A DNA stretch of 64,000 nucleotides from Candidatus Iainarchaeum sp. (GTDB lineage Archaea; Iainarchaeota; Iainarchaeia; Iainarchaeales; JAGVWC01): contig JAGVWC010000010.1 of NCBI GenBank assembly GCA_018304465.1, positions 96,001 to 160,000 of the forward strand. The letters are read 5' to 3'. Below are positions 62,870-64,000 of the stretch, piece by piece. Every line of letters begins with the position of its first letter. Within the stretch, counting starts at the first letter, position 1. The notes beneath the pieces are model-generated. The model had not been told where the DNA came from and made no database searches. It was given only the letters and a program-made list of their open reading frames with translations. The translations under genes were made by a program, and so were the position numbers.

Positions 62870-63698
62870 ACTGCTGGTTCTTTTTTTCGTCTTGCTCGCA
62901 ACCAACGCGTTTGCGGATCTTGCGGTTAGCATCCAGCCCGCCGACGGAAACACCTTGTTTTATCCAAACGAAGTCCGAGAATACCAGGTGCTGGTCATCA
63001 ACACCGGAAACCAAGCCGAGATCGGAACCCGGTTCGAACTCAACACGTCCGAATCCCTGGTTCTCCTGGAAGAAAACAAGGAAACCGACAAAATCCAGTT
63101 CACGTTACCCGAAATCAAAAGCCGCGACCAAGTCACGGTTCCCATCCGGGTCAAGGCCCGCGACTTGCCTTCGGACCGCGCCATCATCAGCGTCAATTAC
63201 GGACAAACCCAGTTCACGGGACTCTCCGCGGTACAACATGTCGTCCGACAACCCGGATTCCAAACCCACACATCCATCCAATCCACCACGATCGCGTTAA
63301 ACGAAAACAACAAAATCGAAGTCACGGCCCGAAACGACTCCAACAACCCCGTTGCCAACATTGTAATCCGGCCCGCGTTGGAACCCGCGCTACAACCCCT
63401 CTCCCCGCACGTGTACACCCTGGACCAACTGGATGAAAACGAAGCCATCCCCCCCCAAACATTCGAATTCGTTCCCAAAGGAAACGTCCTTGGAAAATTC
63501 AACGCTGGTGTCATCATTGAATTCGACGACGAACAAGGCCACCACGTCATCGACCGCCGATACATCGTAAGCGTCGAAGACCGCTCGATTTCCCTCTTGC
63601 TTGCCCTCCTGCTCATCGGAGCGTTGGCGTACATTTTTTTCGCCAGCAAAGAAAAAGCAAAACCCGCGTCCGAACCAAGAAAAACCGAAAAAAAATAA
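62847..63698 (+). CDS. Secreted Ig-fold (CARDB/COG1361-like) protein with C-terminal TM
   Basis: Signal peptide; V.NTG, V...N.S..PV.N beta-sandwich patterns; TM plus Lys tail. Confidence 0.7.
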   Translation: MPGNATCKLLVLFFVLLATNAFADLAVSIQPADGNTLFYPNEVREYQVLVINTGNQAEIGTRFELNTSESLVLLEENKETDKIQFTLPEIKSRDQVTVPIRVKARDLPSDRAIISVNYGQTQFTGLSAVQHVVRQPGFQTHTSIQSTTIALNENNKIEVTARNDSNNPVANIVIRPALEPALQPLSPHVYTLDQLDENEAIPPQTFEFVPKGNVLGKFNAGVIIEFDDEQGHHVIDRRYIVSVEDRSISLLLALLLIGALAYIFFASKEKAKPASEPRKTEKK

Positions 63699-63832
63699 CA
63701 CGATCGGTAAAACCCGTGTAAAACGGCGCTCATACCTAATAAATCGATTTTTAATATGTTTGAATAAACAAGTCATATTCTTAGGACCCTATCAACATCC
63801 ATTCCACCCACCGTTTTTTCGAGTGAAAACCA

Positions 63833-64000
63833 ATGGACAACGTCATCGAAGCAGTCAAAGTATCAAAAATATACGACATGGGCGAAATCAAAGTGACGGC
63901 GCTCAATGACGTCAGCCTCATGATCAAACGCGGCGAATTCGTCTCAATCACGGGTCCCTCCGGAAGCGGAAAAACCACCTTGCTCGACATCCTCAGCGCA
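63833..64000 (+). CDS. ABC transporter ATP-binding protein (LolD/MacB type), partial
   Basis: [50 protein letters not shown]; runs off the window. Confidence 0.93.
   Translation, partial: MDNVIEAVKVSKIYDMGEIKVTALNDVSLMIKRGEFVSITGPSGSGKTTLLDILSA

Noticed and set aside
1-64000. Alternative genetic code or stop-codon readthrough
   Set aside because: Conserved genes are full length under the standard archaeal code and end at TAA, TGA or TAG.

Overview
Chromosomal window from a small-genome archaeon. The gene set (TFB, archaeal histone, rpS8e, Hef, Cgi121, EndA, ATP-dependent ligase, archaeal ProRS/TrpRS, form III RuBisCO, BHB-intron tRNA) and style suggest DPANN, plausibly Iainarchaeota/Diapherotrites-like (inference). 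Housekeeping genes are interspersed with four kinds of accessory content. (i) A ~16.6-kb type IV pilus-like locus of two convergent operons: KaiC-like ATPase, several class III signal-peptide pilins, apparently leaderless pilin-like genes, a vWA adhesin, a VirB11/TadA ATPase, a TadC-like platform, and a 1313-aa anchored glycoside-hydrolase-like protein. (ii) Large Cys-rich surface proteins sharing a stalk module but carrying different enzymatic heads. (iii) About nine dispersed orphan proteins with strongly basic, non-hydrophobic N-termini, several fused to kinase, methyltransferase or nucleotidyltransferase folds; two of them share a 46-bp palindrome-containing upstream element. (iv) A second, short histone-fold gene missed by the ORF track, whose 5' end is exactly duplicated 1 kb downstream, plus a SET-domain methyltransferase. 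Three tRNAs were found (Leu-CAA, Pro-TGG with a 45-nt intron and structured leader, Pro-GGG). No CRISPR array, rRNA or transposase was seen. All product calls are from motif recognition by eye, not database searches.
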